Source: Elsinoe ampelina (taxonomy: Eukaryota). From it: a stretch of DNA of 64,000 bases. The stretch is from contig ML992503.1 of assembly GCA_010093995.1 (NCBI GenBank), positions 1,603,234 to 1,667,233 of the forward strand. The letters are read 5' to 3'. The notes under the pieces were generated by a model that was not told where the DNA came from, ran no database searches, and saw only the letters and a program-made list of their open reading frames with translations. Positions 1-14,121 of this stretch are shown piece after piece (the first letter of the stretch is position 1; every line of letters starts with the position of its first letter). The position numbers were made by a program, and so were the translations under genes.

Positions 1-149
1 ATCCATCACGTATCGACCTTCTCCGCGTGTCCGAAACTCCTGGTATCGAGTCGCATAGACCCCCGCATCCGCTCTGACCTATTTGCCGATCATCCTACCG
101 CTTCTGGTACTTCTGAACAGGTCCGGACAACCACCAGCCATCTCCCATC

Positions 150-973
150 ATGGCATCGAGGAAGAAGGTCTTGCTCAAGGTAAGCTTAACTCTGAGACGA
201 ATACATGGCACATCGACTCATGAAACATGAATAGGTCATCATCCTGGGCGACAGCGGCGTCGGCAAGACGAGTTTGATGAACCAATATGTAAGGACACTT
301 CGATTGCTCGGTTACAATACCACGATTCTGATTCAGACCAGGTCAACAAGAAGTTTAGCGCATCATACAAGGCCACAATTGGAGCAGACTTTCTGACCAA
401 GGAGGTCTTGGTAGACGATAGACTGGTCACCATGCAGGTATGGAGATCAGGCGCGATGAGAAGATCGGAAGATAACAATATAATAGCTATGGGATACTGC
501 TGGACAAGAGCGGTTCCAATCACTAGGCGTCGCCTTCTACCGAGGCGCTGACTGCTGCGTACTGGTCTACGATGTGAACAACTCCAAATCATTCGACACA
601 TTGGACAGCTGGCGGGACGAGTTCTTGATTCAGGCTAGTCCCATGGATCCAGAGAGCTTTCCTTTCGTATGCACGCTCTTCTTGATTACCGTATCAGTGG
701 TGCTAACTTGCTCAGGTCGTGCTGGGAAACAAAGTTGACGTGGAAGAGTCCAGACGGACAGTATCAAACAAGCGAGCCATGGCCTTCTGCCAATCCAAGG
801 GTGGTATCGCATACTTTGAGACCAGCGCAAAGGAGGCTATCAATGTCGAGCAAGCATTCGAGGTTATCGCACGCAACGCGCTTGCCCAAGAAGAATCGCA
901 AGACTTCAACCCAGACTACCCCGAGACGATCCCAGTCAACTTTGACGAGCAGAGAGAAGGATGCTCATGCTAA
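150..973 (+). CDS. YPT7: Rab7/Ypt7 small GTPase, 5 exons
   Basis: Spliced translation [50 protein letters not shown]...[23 protein letters not shown]...|VVLGNKVD...FETSAK...EGCSC. Four GT-AG introns (about 180-234, 289-341, 438-487, 667-715) and a CxC prenylation motif. Confidence 0.97.
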
Positions 974-1404
974 GGTTGTCAACGATACTCGAGCTCCCGG
1001 ACTTGCATGAATGAACGGCGCATTAAGAACAATCACTCCGAATGAGGCTACGGCAGCCATCGCAAAGTGGAAGCGAGTCTTTTTTTTCCTGGTCTTTGAT
1101 AGTCTATCCTAAATACCCAATCAATATAATGTGCATATACTCTATCGCAATTAAGCATGTGACCAGCGGGTCTTTGATCACGCGAGATTTCTCGATCGGA
1201 TATGGCGCGTTTCTGGCCCGTTTCGTCAATTCTCGGAATCCCGGCCGGGCTCCAGATAAACCTCCAACCACCATCGATCGATTATCGCGCCTAACAAATT
1301 CCCACAGCCTCTTGAGGATTACGTTCACTATCGCTGGCCGATGCAGCAGCTATCTGCGCTGTCACTCTCGCAAATGATCACGCTCATTCCACGACGGTAA
1401 CAAC

Positions 1405-2867
1405 ATGGCTGGACATGCGACCCCTGCGGCCACGCACAGCGCCCCGGGGAACGACCACGACGATGACAGAAGGATATCCGACTTTGAGACGGCTCCGCTA
1501 GAAACCGTAAGATCAAGGACACAAATGAGCGAACGATGGAGGAGAATCGCCGGGCTGGCCCTGCTATTCCTCACCGTCATACTCTGGACAGCATCCAACT
1601 TCCTCGCCAGCGTAAGCCCATCACCATGCCCATCCCACCACCACCCACTAACCCTCCCTCCCAGACCCTCTTCGCCGACAACACCTACTCCAAACCCTAC
1701 CTCGTCACCTACATCAACACCTCCTTCTTCATCCTCCCTCTCATCCCCATGGCCATCTCCCACCTCCTCACCAACCCATCCAGCCTCACGCACCTCCTCT
1801 CCACCTTCCGCAGCGCCCTCACCACCCCAACCCCCTCCCCAACCCCCAGCGAATCCCTCCTCAAACCCGACTCCCCCCGCCTGTACGCCCCACGCCTCTC
1901 CATCTCCTCCACCGAATCCCTCCTCCCCCCATCCCACGCCTCCTGCCCCCTCCAGTCCCCACCACCCACCCCCGCCCGCCGCGCACCCAGCATCCGCTCC
2001 CTCCTCCTCGCGCCCCCCACCGGCCTCTCGGCCGCCGAAACCGCCCGTCTCAGCCTCGAATTCTGCCTCCTCTGGTATCTGGCCAACTACTTCGTCGCCG
2101 CCTGCCTGGAGTACACCACCGTCGCGAGCAGCACGATACTCACCTCCACCAGCTCGGTCTTCACCCTGCTCTTCGGGACGTTGTTCGCGGTGGAGACGTT
2201 CACGTTGCGCAAGCTGGCCGGGGTGTGCGCTTCTCTCGCCGGCATCGTGCTCATATCCTCGGTGGACCTGAGCGGGTCGTCGGATAAGAACAGGGGCAGT
2301 TTCCCGCATAAATCCATACGCGAGTTGGGCGTCGGGGATGGCATGGCGTTGTTGTCCGCCGTCTTGTATGGGTTGTACGCCGTCTTCATGAAGAAGCGCA
2401 TCGGGGATGAGTCGAGGGTGCATATGCCGTTGTTCTTTGGGTTGGTGGGCCTGTTTAACGTGCTGCTTTTGTGGCCGGGGTTTTTGGTGTTGCATTTCAC
2501 CGGGGTCGAGACGTTTGAGTTGCCGCCGACCCGCAGGGTGACGATGATTATTGTGGTGAATAGTATTAGTTCGCTGGTGAGCGATTTCGCTTGGGCGTAT
2601 GCGGTGCTTTTGACGAGCCCGATTGTGGTTACGGTGGGGTTGAGTACGACTATACCGTTGAGTTTGGTGGGACAGGTCTTGCTGAATGGGCAGACGAGTA
2701 GTTGGGTCTATTGGGTTGGGGCTGGCGTCGTGGTCGGGAGTTTTGTTATAGTCAGTGGCGGCGAGGCGGTGGAGGAGACGCATGGACTGTTGCCGGCTGC
2801 CGATGTAGAAGAGGGAGCAAGGTTGATGGACGGAGAAGGGCAAGAGGCGAGGATAGAACCATCATAG
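1405..2867 (+). CDS. EamA/DMT-family membrane transporter, THI74/YML018C/SLC35F5-like, 2 exons
   Basis: Exon 1 ends ...LWTASNFLAS, intron about 1612-1664 (GTAAGC..CTAAC..CAG), exon 2 begins TLFADNTYSKPYLVTYINTSFF. Contains EFCLLWYLANYF, TTVASSTILTSTSSVFTL and LLTSPIVVTVGLSTTIPLS, with about 10 hydrophobic helices. Confidence 0.88.
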
Positions 2868-3282
2868 CGAGCCATACATGACATTCAATTGCATTTCGAT
2901 CATGATAGGGATACTTGATTGTTGTGATGTCGTCTGATTGCTGCCGATTCTGGGTATCTCGCTGTCTACATCGTTGCCTCGTGCTAAGAAGAGTCTGTTC
3001 CTCCAAGCTGCCATCGCTAACCCATTCGCTCCAGTATTCAAGACGTTGTATATCATTAGATCGTCCATGTGAAGCTGCTTGGCCCTCGTACACGTTCGCG
3101 CCATGCAATGTCGCCCAGCCACTATCGTGGACTCTACCCGTCGTGACCCAACGCAACGCAGCCATGATTTCGTCAAGTTGAGTCGAGATCTGTCCGTCTT
3201 GCTCGACTCTCATGCTGATTGTGATCCTTTACCCTAACGCCACACATGCTTTGCTTTTCAGGAAGATTGAGTCTGGGTCTTC

Positions 3283-4686
3283 TCAGTACTCCTCCTCCCC
3301 TCCCGAGATGATCAGGTACTCCAGAATGTCGCTAAGCGTCACAATGCCCTGTAGATGACTCCTTTCGTCCAGAACCACGAAGCGATGCACGCGAGACTTG
3401 CGAAGAATGTCAAAGATGCTGTCAAGACGGTCGTTCAGAGTGCATGTATAAATGCCTTGGAATTCCTGTGCGAGTGAGCTAGGTGTTACCTCAAGTGACT
3501 ACTGGCTTCGATCTTACCTCGGGTCTCCTGAGCAGCGCATCACCAACGGAGATCTGTAGCTGTGTCTCATACTCGTTGCTATTCTTACCGGACTGGATGT
3601 CTTTGAACAGAGTGATGACGTCGACTGCCTCGAAGATGTTGAGGACAACCCCTGACCAGGTTAGCATGGCCCGGTGCAGTCGAACTCTAGTGCATACCCT
3701 CGTCGTTGACGATAGGAACACTTGAAATGTTCTTCTTGACCAGCAGTTGAATGACGTCGAAGACGCTGGTGTCCATCTTTGCCGTTGCCACATCCTTGTA
3801 AGTCCCAAGGTTGATATCCCTGAGTGGCTTGCGAAGGAACTGCAACTCCTTGACGTTGACGCAGATGAATTTGAGGATACGGTATTGAGTGATGACACTG
3901 ACAACCATCTCACGTTGGGTCTCGTCATCCACGTCAACAAGCGGTATCCTGCGTGCTCTTGTTGAAAGCATCTTTCTGCAGGCTTCGTATAGTGACTTCA
4001 TGGGGTTGATGGAAATGGTCTCGATAGGCTGGACACCGATCGCCTTCTCGACTTCTGTAATGGCATGAGAACCATGATCTCCATGTCATCTTGGATGTCC
4101 TTACCTCTTAGACTGCTTAGGCGCAATCCTTCTCCAGATCCCGCCCACTGATCGGGATATTGCAGATAGTACTGGATGATGTTGAGGTAGTCAGATGTCG
4201 TGAGAAGCCCAGCAAAAGTGGATGTCTTCGAATCCCATAATGGCGCAGACACGATTGCTTGTGTGTGTTAGCCTGTTGAAAGATCGCTCGATCCTGTGCG
4301 ACCCACCATTTTGTTGTAGGATAGTCAAGCTCTTTTTCACAAGTAACGAGTTGTCTAGGACGATAAGACGGTAGCTGAGAGGGAGTACGTCGAAGCTTCG
4401 GCGAGTCTTGAGGAATGATCGCACTCTGAGCTAGAGCATTTGTCAGTAAAGGTATCAAGTCGCGCCAAGAGGGCGGTCCCACCAGCGCATTCGCCTGATC
4501 ATGATCGAGCTGCGACATTGGCTCGTTACCTCTTGAGCCCGGTCTGTGTGACGATCTGGGCCTGAGGAGATCACTAGGCGCTACAAATGCCGGAGTCGTG
4601 CTCGGAAGTGATGCTGAGGGGAGTGGATTGGTGGCATGTCCTTCTTGGTTCGTGGGCGCCTCTTGCGCCTGTGATGGATCGCTCAT
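3283..4686 (-). CDS. SNF4: AMPK/Snf1 gamma subunit (four CBS domains), about 6 exons
   Basis: Fragments [78 protein letters not shown] and [25 protein letters not shown] joined by GT-AG introns. Stop TGA at 3283-3285. Confidence 0.95.
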
Positions 4687-5041
4687 CTCGGGGAAAAGTG
4701 GCTTGTCAGCAGAACATGTCGCGGCGGAGTTGATCAAGAACAAGAGTCGAGTACCGCAGCAATTAACGAGTGTCGGGAGAAGTGGTGTCACGAAATGAGG
4801 TTGAAAGATTGGGGCACTTTCCCCGCGAAAGAAGCAGCGGGGTGCCAAGCAAGTCACACAATGACAGCAGAGCAAATGAAGGCACGAAACGGGGACCAGA
4901 TTGCGTACAAGATTACATTGCTCTTGATCGATCGCTACAGCGCCTAGCAAGTCTCGCTTCCAGCAGGCCGACCCATCCAGAGCCCTCTACCATCCATCAT
5001 ACCATCGTGCTTTTGCCCCTTATCCCAATCATGAATCAGTG

Positions 5042-6729
5042 TCATCCTTCCGATTGCTTGTCAACGATCGGTTTTCGGTCCTTGCGGGCTGCTTCTACGG
5101 CTTCGGGATTGAGCTCGGGTCCAGGCTCTTGATCCTCATCCATCTCCTCAGCAATGTCGCTGTTTGGCACGTGATCCACGAGCTGCCCGCTCTCATCTAG
5201 CTTCTTCTTCTGCGACTCCACGATGGCGTCAGCCTCGCTCATAGTACCACGTTGCGAAGAAGGATCGCCCTCGACGCCGATGGGTTCCGTCTTGCGATCG
5301 ACCGTCTGCTGTACACGCTGGCCGTCGAATCTGACCAACATACAGGAGAGATTGTCGGTCGAGAAGCGTGACAGTGCATGTTCCACGAGCATTTTCGATG
5401 CGAGTTGAGGATCTTGTACGCTTCTTACAAGATCAACAGCTTCCTGATCCGAGCATACATCCCAAAGCTGTAAGTGTCAGTATGGCTCGGCAATCCTGAG
5501 GAACGAATACTTACACCATCGCATGCAAGAATCAAGAACTCGTCGATGTCAGGCTGAATGACAGTCTCCGTTGTGTAAGGATGCCCTGTGACAAGATCCT
5601 TCATATAGGCATCGCCAAGAGCTCGCGTGACCGCCAGTACACCATTGACACGGTTGTTGAGGATCAGACCTCCAGCACCTGCAATACGCTTCCCCTCATT
5701 CTCATCACTTCCCTTGTGATCGTAGGATAATCGGAGCGCTTTGCCATTCCTGCAGAGTACAATTCTGGCGTCACCGACGTTGGCGGTGTACAGAACGCGT
5801 TGTCTAGATGCCGCCTCTCTAAGTTTGGCTTCTTGACTCGATGCCACCGTAGTCAACTCTGTCTTTGGAGACGAAGACTCTGAGGCTGCCTTCACCGCAG
5901 CGGCGGCGGCCGGGGCGATGGCGGTGGATCCAGTGGCCGAATGCGAGTTTGGTATTCTATCCTCCCAGCGCAAAACGGCGATGACTGCTGTGCAACCACT
6001 GTTTTTGAGCGGCAACTTTTCCAGCTGCTGATCCACAGTCGTGAAAGTCTGGTCGAGAAGTTCAGGGATAGGAGTGTTTGGGTTCTTGCGAATAATGTCT
6101 TCCAGAAGCACGTGGACTTTCTTCCCACACCAGTCAGCGGCGAAAGTGCCGGCATGTCCATCGAAGATAGCGAAGTATCCATTGTCGGTCTCGACCACTG
6201 CTTGAGTGTCTCCCGTCGCGCTGGTATCCGTGCTGCTAGCACGAGATTTTGATACTTCTGAGCCAATGACAGGAGCCGGAGTGCTCAAGAAGTTGTACAG
6301 ATAAGCATGGGTATCTTCCATGGTACGGCGACATTTTTTGTTTCGGTCTTCAGTCACACCAACGCGGAAGGTGGACCTTGGCCCAGGTATCGACTCGCCA
6401 GCAGAGTTGTTCAATGACCCCTGTGGAACGCTTAGTGCTGGATCCGTACGGCCCAGCTTCTGGATAGGTGAAGCCTTCTCGCCTTTCGACTCTGGTGAGC
6501 TAGCCATTGATGAATGAAGGGATTGTTTGGCGCTAGATAGCATATCCCGCGCGCGGGCAACACCAGAGCTCCTCCTCTTCTTTTCACCGACCGGACTATG
6601 ATCGTCGGTAGACTTGCGAGCTGGCGGGCTCTTGGATACCGTCTTTGTGTCAGTCACAGCTTCTGGTTTGGTGTCGTTCTTGTCGAATGCATGCTCATTC
6701 TCCTTTGGTGACCCAGAGGAGCCAAACAT
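5042..6729 (-). CDS. PTC1: Protein phosphatase 2C, Ptc1-type, 2 exons
   Basis: PP2C motifs [59 protein letters not shown] (intron about 5468-5514) and STDNLSCM. Confidence 0.95.
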
Positions 6730-7767
6730 TCTATTCAGCAGACCTCCAGAACCGGAGAAGCTCCTCCTCTTATTCCCTGCCAGCTTGGGATATGTTTATG
6801 AAACGTCCGAGCTCGGTGCTTGCGATTGGCTTGGGGATGGAGATACTATCGATGAATTAGAGCTGTTGCGACTCTCCTCGGGTCAATTCGTGGATGCTGT
6901 GTGTTGACGTCAATGCGTCAGAGGATGGAGGGAAACACACCTGCGGATCGTAAAGGATCAGTGCGAGTAAGCTTGACTGGGTGTCTCGAGGAGATGTGGA
7001 TGGAGATAGGCACCCTGTATGTTGGATGTTGTGTGGGGAGAGGATCACAGGGTGTAGGAGCGGTTGATTGGAAATGGAGATCGCGCGGTAACCCTGGTCA
7101 GCTCTGGAACCCGGCGGGCAATTGATTGCTCTGGTGCAGTAGTATCACCCCCACCAAGCTGGAATTGTTGCAAACCGCGTGCAAACAGTCCTTGTTTGCA
7201 ATGTCGACGTGTCAGCGAAAGGATGACGGAGGTGGATGAACAGTGAAAGCTGGAACGTTGCCTCTGGCTGTGAGTGTCAGTGCCCTCGAGCGGCGCCTGG
7301 GATTGACGACATTGGCTAAAAATGGGGCTTGGCTGGCCCTGCCCCGCAGAGAAAAGAGGAAAGAGCACGTCGGGAATGCCGCATGTCATGTCACCTGTCT
7401 CTTCCAAATGTCTGTGCGCATAAACACTGCATTCCATGACTTCCTTGGTTGTTTCACACTTGAGATTCATATATCCATGTGTATAGATCTTCTACGTGTT
7501 ATACTCCTGTATAGAATGAATTGCCGGATATCGCTTGCGTTCAACCTGCAAGACATGACGTCGAGACCCTATAAGTTACGCCGTTGCGATGCCCGGGGCG
7601 CGCAGGAAGTGCGGCAACCTGAAATCCAAGCTTTGTGTGTTGCATCCACCATCGGCACGGCATCTATCGACCCCGACAGTCTGGATCCTCGTCCCGCTGT
7701 ATCTCCATGAACGCTCCTAAATTCAAATTGTGGTATCTTGTGGTACGTCGCCTTCTCGCGGTCTTCA

Positions 7768-8625
7768 CTACCGTCTGAGGCTGTCTAGCCGGGCTTGCAG
7801 GTCATCGTCGCCAGGATCTCCTCCAATCGCTTGAGCCACCCTCCCCTCCGCGACGGCACTGCTCTGTAATCCTTGTGGTGTCTCACCCATCTGGCAGACA
7901 TCAGTTCACGTAGTCGATGATAGTACATCGCACTCACCGCTTGTCCGAGATCCACACCTATCTCATCTAGTACCTGATTGACAACCTCTTCTCCTTCTTC
8001 TTCATCCTCAACTCCCGTCACATCGTCAATTGCATCGTCCATCATCTCTTGTCGCTGATCCATGATGTCGTTCTCCCTCTCGAATTCCATGGCTATTCTT
8101 GAAAGAGCCGGGAGGTTCATTTGTCGGTTCATGCTACCCAGTAGTTGTGTCGCTCCCTTCATCGACTGCATCATCTGTTCATTACTCCTGACAGTCTGGA
8201 ATTGTCAGCATTAATGGTCTATACGCCTAAGCTTCGAACTAACCTGTATCCGTAACGAGATAGCCTGCAGCTGCGTTCGCATCTGGTAGAACTTTTGGAT
8301 ATACCTTTACCGCATTAGAGACCTTATCGCTCGCAGCTTGGGCACGCCATACCGTCTTGTCCGTACAAGGTCCTTTGCTTGGATCTTGACTGCACCCATC
8401 TGCCCATTCTTCGCATTCTTCTTAATGTCTTGGACAAGCTTCTTCTCTTGGTTCTCCAACTTTGTTCGTTCGCGGTCCAATTCTCGCTGTGTCTTTTCGA
8501 GAGCTCGCTGATGCTTGCGCAGACGCTCAGCCGGCGTCATGCGCTTGCCGAATGCCCATTCGACGATCTGGAATGGATGTCAGTGATGCGGATGGTGGGG
8601 CGGTTCCGAAGCAACCCACGTTCAT
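7768..8625 (-). CDS. DID4: ESCRT-III subunit Vps2/Did4 (CHMP2), 5 exons with a 6-nt first coding exon
   Basis: MN|IVEWAFGKRMTPAERLRKHQRALEKTQRELDRER...AKDLVRTRR, MEFERENDIMDQRQEMMDDAIDD, and the C-terminal MIM1-like DDDLQARLDSLRR. Confidence 0.95.
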
Positions 8626-9006
8626 GATTGCGACGGTCAATAAAGGCGATGGGTGTGCTTAGACTTCGCACTGGACGCCTTGTGTAGTGTTGAAGTGACA
8701 GACAAGCTACGCTCAAGAGCTTAGTCTCCAAAGTGACTTCTTTGGTGCCTGGCTGTATGACGTGGGTCGCTCCGTGTTTGGGGACAAAGTTGCCCGGATC
8801 TGCGCACGAGGAAGACCCGCTTTGACTGCGGCTCGGCGCGTGCGGCTCTTTTTCTAGCGTCGAATCTTGCATCTTGTCGTGATGCATTCCAAACCTCCGC
8901 CTGTTGCTCCGACAAAACCCTGCGACATCAACCACGCCACCGCTTCACCTGCAACACCCTTATGATGAACAACGACACTTGATACTAAACGAATATTCAC
9001 CACGCG

Positions 9007-11949
9007 ATGAGTTTTGACGGCCCTTCACAATCAGGTTCGGCCTCGCCCGGGCCAAGCTCTTCTGGAAACAGTCGACAGAATGCACGCCCCCAGTACATGA
9101 CAGTCGGAGGTAGCGGATCAGATGCTGCTTATGCTTCGCATTTGAGGTCACTGATAGACCAGGACTCTGGCTATGGCAGTATAGTAGACGGTGAGAGCGC
9201 GTCGGGAGGATGGATGCCAGATTCGCCATCGTCCTTTGGCACTCCTGACCGCCTTGCCGCCTTCGCACCAGGTACTACGGTTCCTATGAGGACTCTCAGA
9301 ATATCGCTGACCTTTTCAGACGAGCACGAACGACGAGCGATGGCGAGCCACATTCTCCAGCTACAGTACAACCAGAATCGCACAGCTTTGGCCCGAGCTA
9401 TAACACAAACAGTGGATGTCCTCAAGAGACTGCAAGATATGAATGCGCAGTGGCCAGCACATTATCCAACTGTCAAGAGACCACCTTCACCGTCACCTAG
9501 CAGACCGGATCCGCGACCTGGTCTGTACCACACTCAGTCTACGCTGGACAATCACCATGAACAACCAAGACAGCAACGACCGACCGGGCTACAGCGCGCA
9601 GGTACCTCACTGGGCGAGCTCCATTCCCGATCCGATTCGCCACATTCGCATTCGAGGTCGCAGTCGCTGGAGCCTCGTCTTGTCACCCCGCAACTTGCCC
9701 AGCAGTTTTCAGTGTTAAAGATTGAATTGAAGATGGAGGGGGCTTCACAGACCGAGCTGGTACACTCGTTGGAGAAGCAGTCTATTGCATCGCTACTGGA
9801 CGGGCAAATCAACAACAGCATACGGCATCTCTTCTCACTCCGAGAACGTATCGAGGACACGGCGAGCAAAGTTCTGGTAACAGGAGACTTGAATGCTGGC
9901 AAATCGACATTCTGCAATGCGTTGCTCCGAAGGAAGGTGCTTCCAGAAGATCAACAACCGTGTACAGCCATTTTCTGCGAGGTGCTCGATGTAAGAGAGA
10001 ATGGAGGTTTGGAAGAAGTGCACGCTGTTCCCATTGGGCTGACCTACAATCGCAACGACGAAAGCACATACCACGTATTTGCACTGAAGCAGCTCGAGGA
10101 CATTGTAATCGACAACGAGCGGTACTCGCAATGTAAGGTCTACGTGAAGGACATTCGGACAGTGGACCAGTCTCTTCTGAACAACGGCGTCGTCGACATT
10201 GCGCTTATCGATGCACCTGGACTCAACAACGACAGCTTGAAGACTACAGCGGTCTTTGCGCGACAAGAGGAGATCGACGTTGTTGTGTTTGTCGTCTCGG
10301 CCGCGAACCACTTCACACTCTCTGCCAAGGAGTTCATTTTCAACGCAGCACGCGAAAAGGCTTACATGTTCATGGTCGTCAACGGATTTGACAATATCCG
10401 CGACAAGAAGCGCTGTCAGGAAGGAATCTTGAAGCAGATCGCACAACTTTCACCCGCTACATTCAAGGAATCCTCAGAATTGGTACATTTCGTTTCCAGC
10501 AACGCTATCCCCGTGGCACCAGCAGGTCCACCACCACCGTCCGGTGGCTCAGGTTCAGGCTCTTCCGGACCTTCTGGTGACCCTTTCGGACCATCTGATG
10601 ATCCTTCGGACGACCAAGACGAGAACACCAAGCACGGCTCTCCTGGGTCGCCACCACCAAACAACGACAAGTCCAAAGGCAAAGAAAAGGCAAAGATCGA
10701 CGACTTTAATGAGCTCGAAGCTTCACTGCGACGTTTCGTCCTCGAGAAGCGTGCCCGATCGAAACTTGCGCCGGCTCGGACCTACCTCCTCAACGTCCTT
10801 GGCGATCTCTCATCTCTCGCAGCAGTCAACAGAGACGTAGCTGGCAACGAGCTTCAGCGCCTCGAAGAAGAGCTCAAATCTCTCGAACCAGAACTTGAAA
10901 AATCTCGGAAAGCTCGCACCTCCGCCGGCGACCAAGCTGAGACCATCATCGACGACGAATCATCTTCCGTCTACAACCACACCCGCGACACACTCAACCG
11001 CACCATCTCCACCATCGGCAAGACCGACCTCGGAGTTCCATACCCCGGCATCTGGTCCGTCTACGACTACGCCGAGTCGCTCAAACACTCGATGCTAGCA
11101 GGCATCACACGAGCCGTTCAATCCTGCGAAGAACACGGCCGCCAACGCACCGTCTCCGGCGTCTCCTCAATCGCCAGCCTCGGCCTGCTCCACCTCGGCG
11201 AAGGGTACCAAGAACTCACCTTTAAGAGCGAAAAGATGTTCCGTTCCCGCCGCGACGCCCTCGCTCGCCAAGTCGACGTCGAAGTCGAGGTCTGGGACTT
11301 TTTCAACCTCCAAGCTCTCTGGGAACGCCAGGAAAAAGTCGTCGGCAGCGGCATGGCGGTCACGGTCGCCGGTGTGGTGGGCGGCCGTCTCTTCGGCGGC
11401 GTAGGCTGGATCGACTCCGCTCTTGGAGTAGCCAAGGTCGTGGGACCAAGCAACATGCGACGAGTACTTGTGCCCGGCCTGGCGTTAGCAGGTACGTTCC
11501 CCCTATCCCATCCCCATCCCCCTCCCTCCTCCCTTCCCCTCCCTCCTCCCTTCCCCCCCCCCTCCTCTGAACCCTACTGACAAACCCCAGTCATCCTCTC
11601 CCTAAGCTACACCCTCTCCTCCATCCCCTCCACCCTCCCCCTGACCCTGTCCCGCAAACTCTCCCTCGCCCTCTCCGACCTCGACTACACGCACTCGAAC
11701 GCGCAACGCATCTCCAACGAAGTCCGCCGCGCTCTCTCCTACCCCGCCGCCCGTCTGCGAGAGGGTCTCCAGCGCGGCGTCGAGAGGCTCGCGGACGAGA
11801 GGGAGGGGAAGAGGAAGACGTTGGCGGAGAGTCAGGTGGCGAGGAAGTATTTCTCCAATCTGGTGAGGGAGGCGGGGGATGTGAAGGGTAGAGTCGAGGG
11901 GGTGGATCTCGAGGGGACAGCGGGGGTGTATGAGGCTGGGAATGCGTGA
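9007..11949 (+). CDS. FZO1: Mitofusin, dynamin-like transmembrane GTPase Fzo1
   Basis: KVLVTGDLNAGKSTFCNALLR, DIALIDAPGLN, FVLEKRARSKLAPARTYL and two TM segments. Intron 11492-11590 leads to the last exon (LDYTHSNAQRISNEVRR...VARKYFSNL). A probable 48-nt in-frame intron lies at 9272-9319. Confidence 0.95.
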
Positions 11950-12495
11950 GGAGGGGAGGGGGTGCATTGCTGGTGTGACTTGTGAGGGAACAGAAAAAGC
12001 GGGGGGAGAGGGAAGGGGGCAGGTACCCGGTTATGGTACGACAGTATATACTCCTGCTCTTGGTATGGGGGGCCTAGTAATGAACAAACATGACGCTCAC
12101 AGGACTGATGGCACGGGTTTGATGGAGTGAAGAAAGAAGTGGAAAAGTCATATTTTATGCCCTCCATATCTCGCCTTGCCTAGACGTGCCAATGACTATC
12201 CGACTATCCGCATAGACAACATCTGTCAATTATGTATACTGCTGCATAGTCCGTAGTATACCCCTTTCCCCCCACCCCCACCAACAAGATCCATCAGACT
12301 GTTATCCCTGCATCAGCCATAATAGACTCTTTCGCAGATGGAAAACATTCTTTTTGCCGCAATCACCGTGGTATATATATGCATGGTCGCAATGTGAACC
12401 GCAAGTCGTGGGGGAAAAAAGGTCCACCAGAAGAAACATAGTCGTCAGAGAGCTTAGACTCTCACTTCGCTTCCGTGTCGACTGTGACCAGGCTT

Positions 12496-14121
12496 CTAGC
12501 TCTGGTAGCCGGGGTAGCCGCCGTACTGGGCCTGTGGAGGAGGCTGTGGAAGATAGCCACCCTGAGCAGGTCCGCCACGGCCGAAGCCACCTGGAGAAGG
12601 AGCCATGCCGCCGTACTGCTGGGGAGGGTAGCCTGGAGGAGGCTGATTGGGGAAGCCGCCAGGGCTTGGTCCACCGGGAGACATGGCGGGGCCGCCATAC
12701 TGAGGAAAGCCGTAGCCAGAAGGTGTCGGTGGGGCAAAGGCGGAGTTGGGACCGCCGGATGCGGGAGAGAAGTCGAATTGCCCGGTAGGAGGACGATCCT
12801 TGCCCCACTGAGAATGTTAGCATCAAGCTGTTCTGAAAGGGTTCATCACTTACGCTGCACTTGAGAGGACGGCCATTGACGTTGTAGCCATTGAGCTGAC
12901 AGATGGCATTGGCCGCATTCTCGTGGGAGTCCATCTTAATAAACGCAAAGCCACGGTCAGACTGGAAGCGGGTTTCCACGACGTAGCCAAAGTTTTGGAA
13001 GAGAGGGACCAGGTCGTTCTGAGTTGTGTAAGGCGTCAAGTTGCCGACGTAGCAGGTAGTCTGCCATTGAGGGGTCTGCTGGACAATCATGTCATAGGAT
13101 TGAGCGCCCTGAGCAGGGAATTGATGATGGCCGTAAGGAGTCGTCGGAGTCATGCCCATAGCGGCCATAGCTTGCTGCTGGGAGAAGGACGGCTGTCCCT
13201 TTTGGTTCGCCCAGTTGCAGCGAATGGCACGAGACCCAAGCCACTCGCCATCCATGCTGCTGAGGGCCTTTTCGGCGTCGGTGCGGTCGCGGAAAGCGAC
13301 GAATCCATAACCACGAGTGCGGCCAGTCTTCATGTCCCACATGACACGGGCCTCGGAAACAACGCCAAAAGTAGAGAAAGCTTGAGTAAGTACCTCGTCG
13401 TTTACCTCGTTGGACAAGTCTCCCACGAAAATGTGAAAATGGCCAGAGGTGTCCTCCTTGGAAATGTTGCTTGACTGATAGGCCCAGTTGACGCGAACTT
13501 CCTGCGAATGTGTGAGATGGGAAAATGCTGAGATGGGAGATATGCTTACATTGTTGTGCACACGACGTCCGTTGAGGGTGGCCATTGCTCTTTCTGCTGC
13601 AGCTGGGTCGTCGTATTCGACAAAGCCGTAGTTGTATCCCTTGGCCTGCGTCATGTTAGCATGTGTAAAAGGTATGAGTGTGTCAGAGGAGTGCGTCGAG
13701 GTGATGGAGGGGGAGGGCATGTGAAGACTTGGCATGTGTAAACGAGATGCGTTTGACGTACGTTCTTGTCGGGGATGATCTTGACAGACTGCACATGGCC
13801 GGTGGTCTCGAAGATCTTCTTGAGCACCTCCTCGGTGACTCTTGGGTCCAGCCCACCGATGTACAATGCCCTCTTGTTTGGTTCCGGTGCAGCTCTTCTT
13901 ATGGTCCCAGCAGAACCAGTGGGAGACAGAATATCTTGACCTCCACCTGACATGGCTGTCGGAACTGGATTGTTGTTCTGTGGGATGTTGAGAGGAGGAA
14001 CTGGTGGGGGCGGCATGTGTGTGCCATTGCCCTGAGCCTGATCGTAAGGCTGTTGACCAGGAGCGGCTCCATTGGAAGGATAGGGGAGCGGACTAGCGCC
14101 GGAAGAAGAAACTTGAGCCAT
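12496..14121 (-). CDS. PUB1: Three-RRM RNA-binding protein Pub1 (TIA-1-like), 4 exons
   Basis: RALYIGGLDPRVTE, NYGFVEY, FHIFVGDLSNEVNDE, RGYGFVAF, WLGSRAIRCNWANQK, TTCYVGNL..RGFAFIKM and a G/P/Y/Q-rich C-terminus. Confidence 0.93.

Noticed and set aside
974..1404. TPP riboswitch upstream of the THI74-like transporter
   Set aside because: No CTGAGA...GAACTTGAT..GATAAT..CAGCG aptamer core was seen.
1362..2843. Long antisense or alternate-frame ORFs (e.g. 1362-2843, 16601-17332, 17462-18187, 41484-42275, 43382-44413, 48954-49679)
   Set aside because: These are shadows of real genes in GC-rich, codon-biased DNA and have no recognisable motifs.
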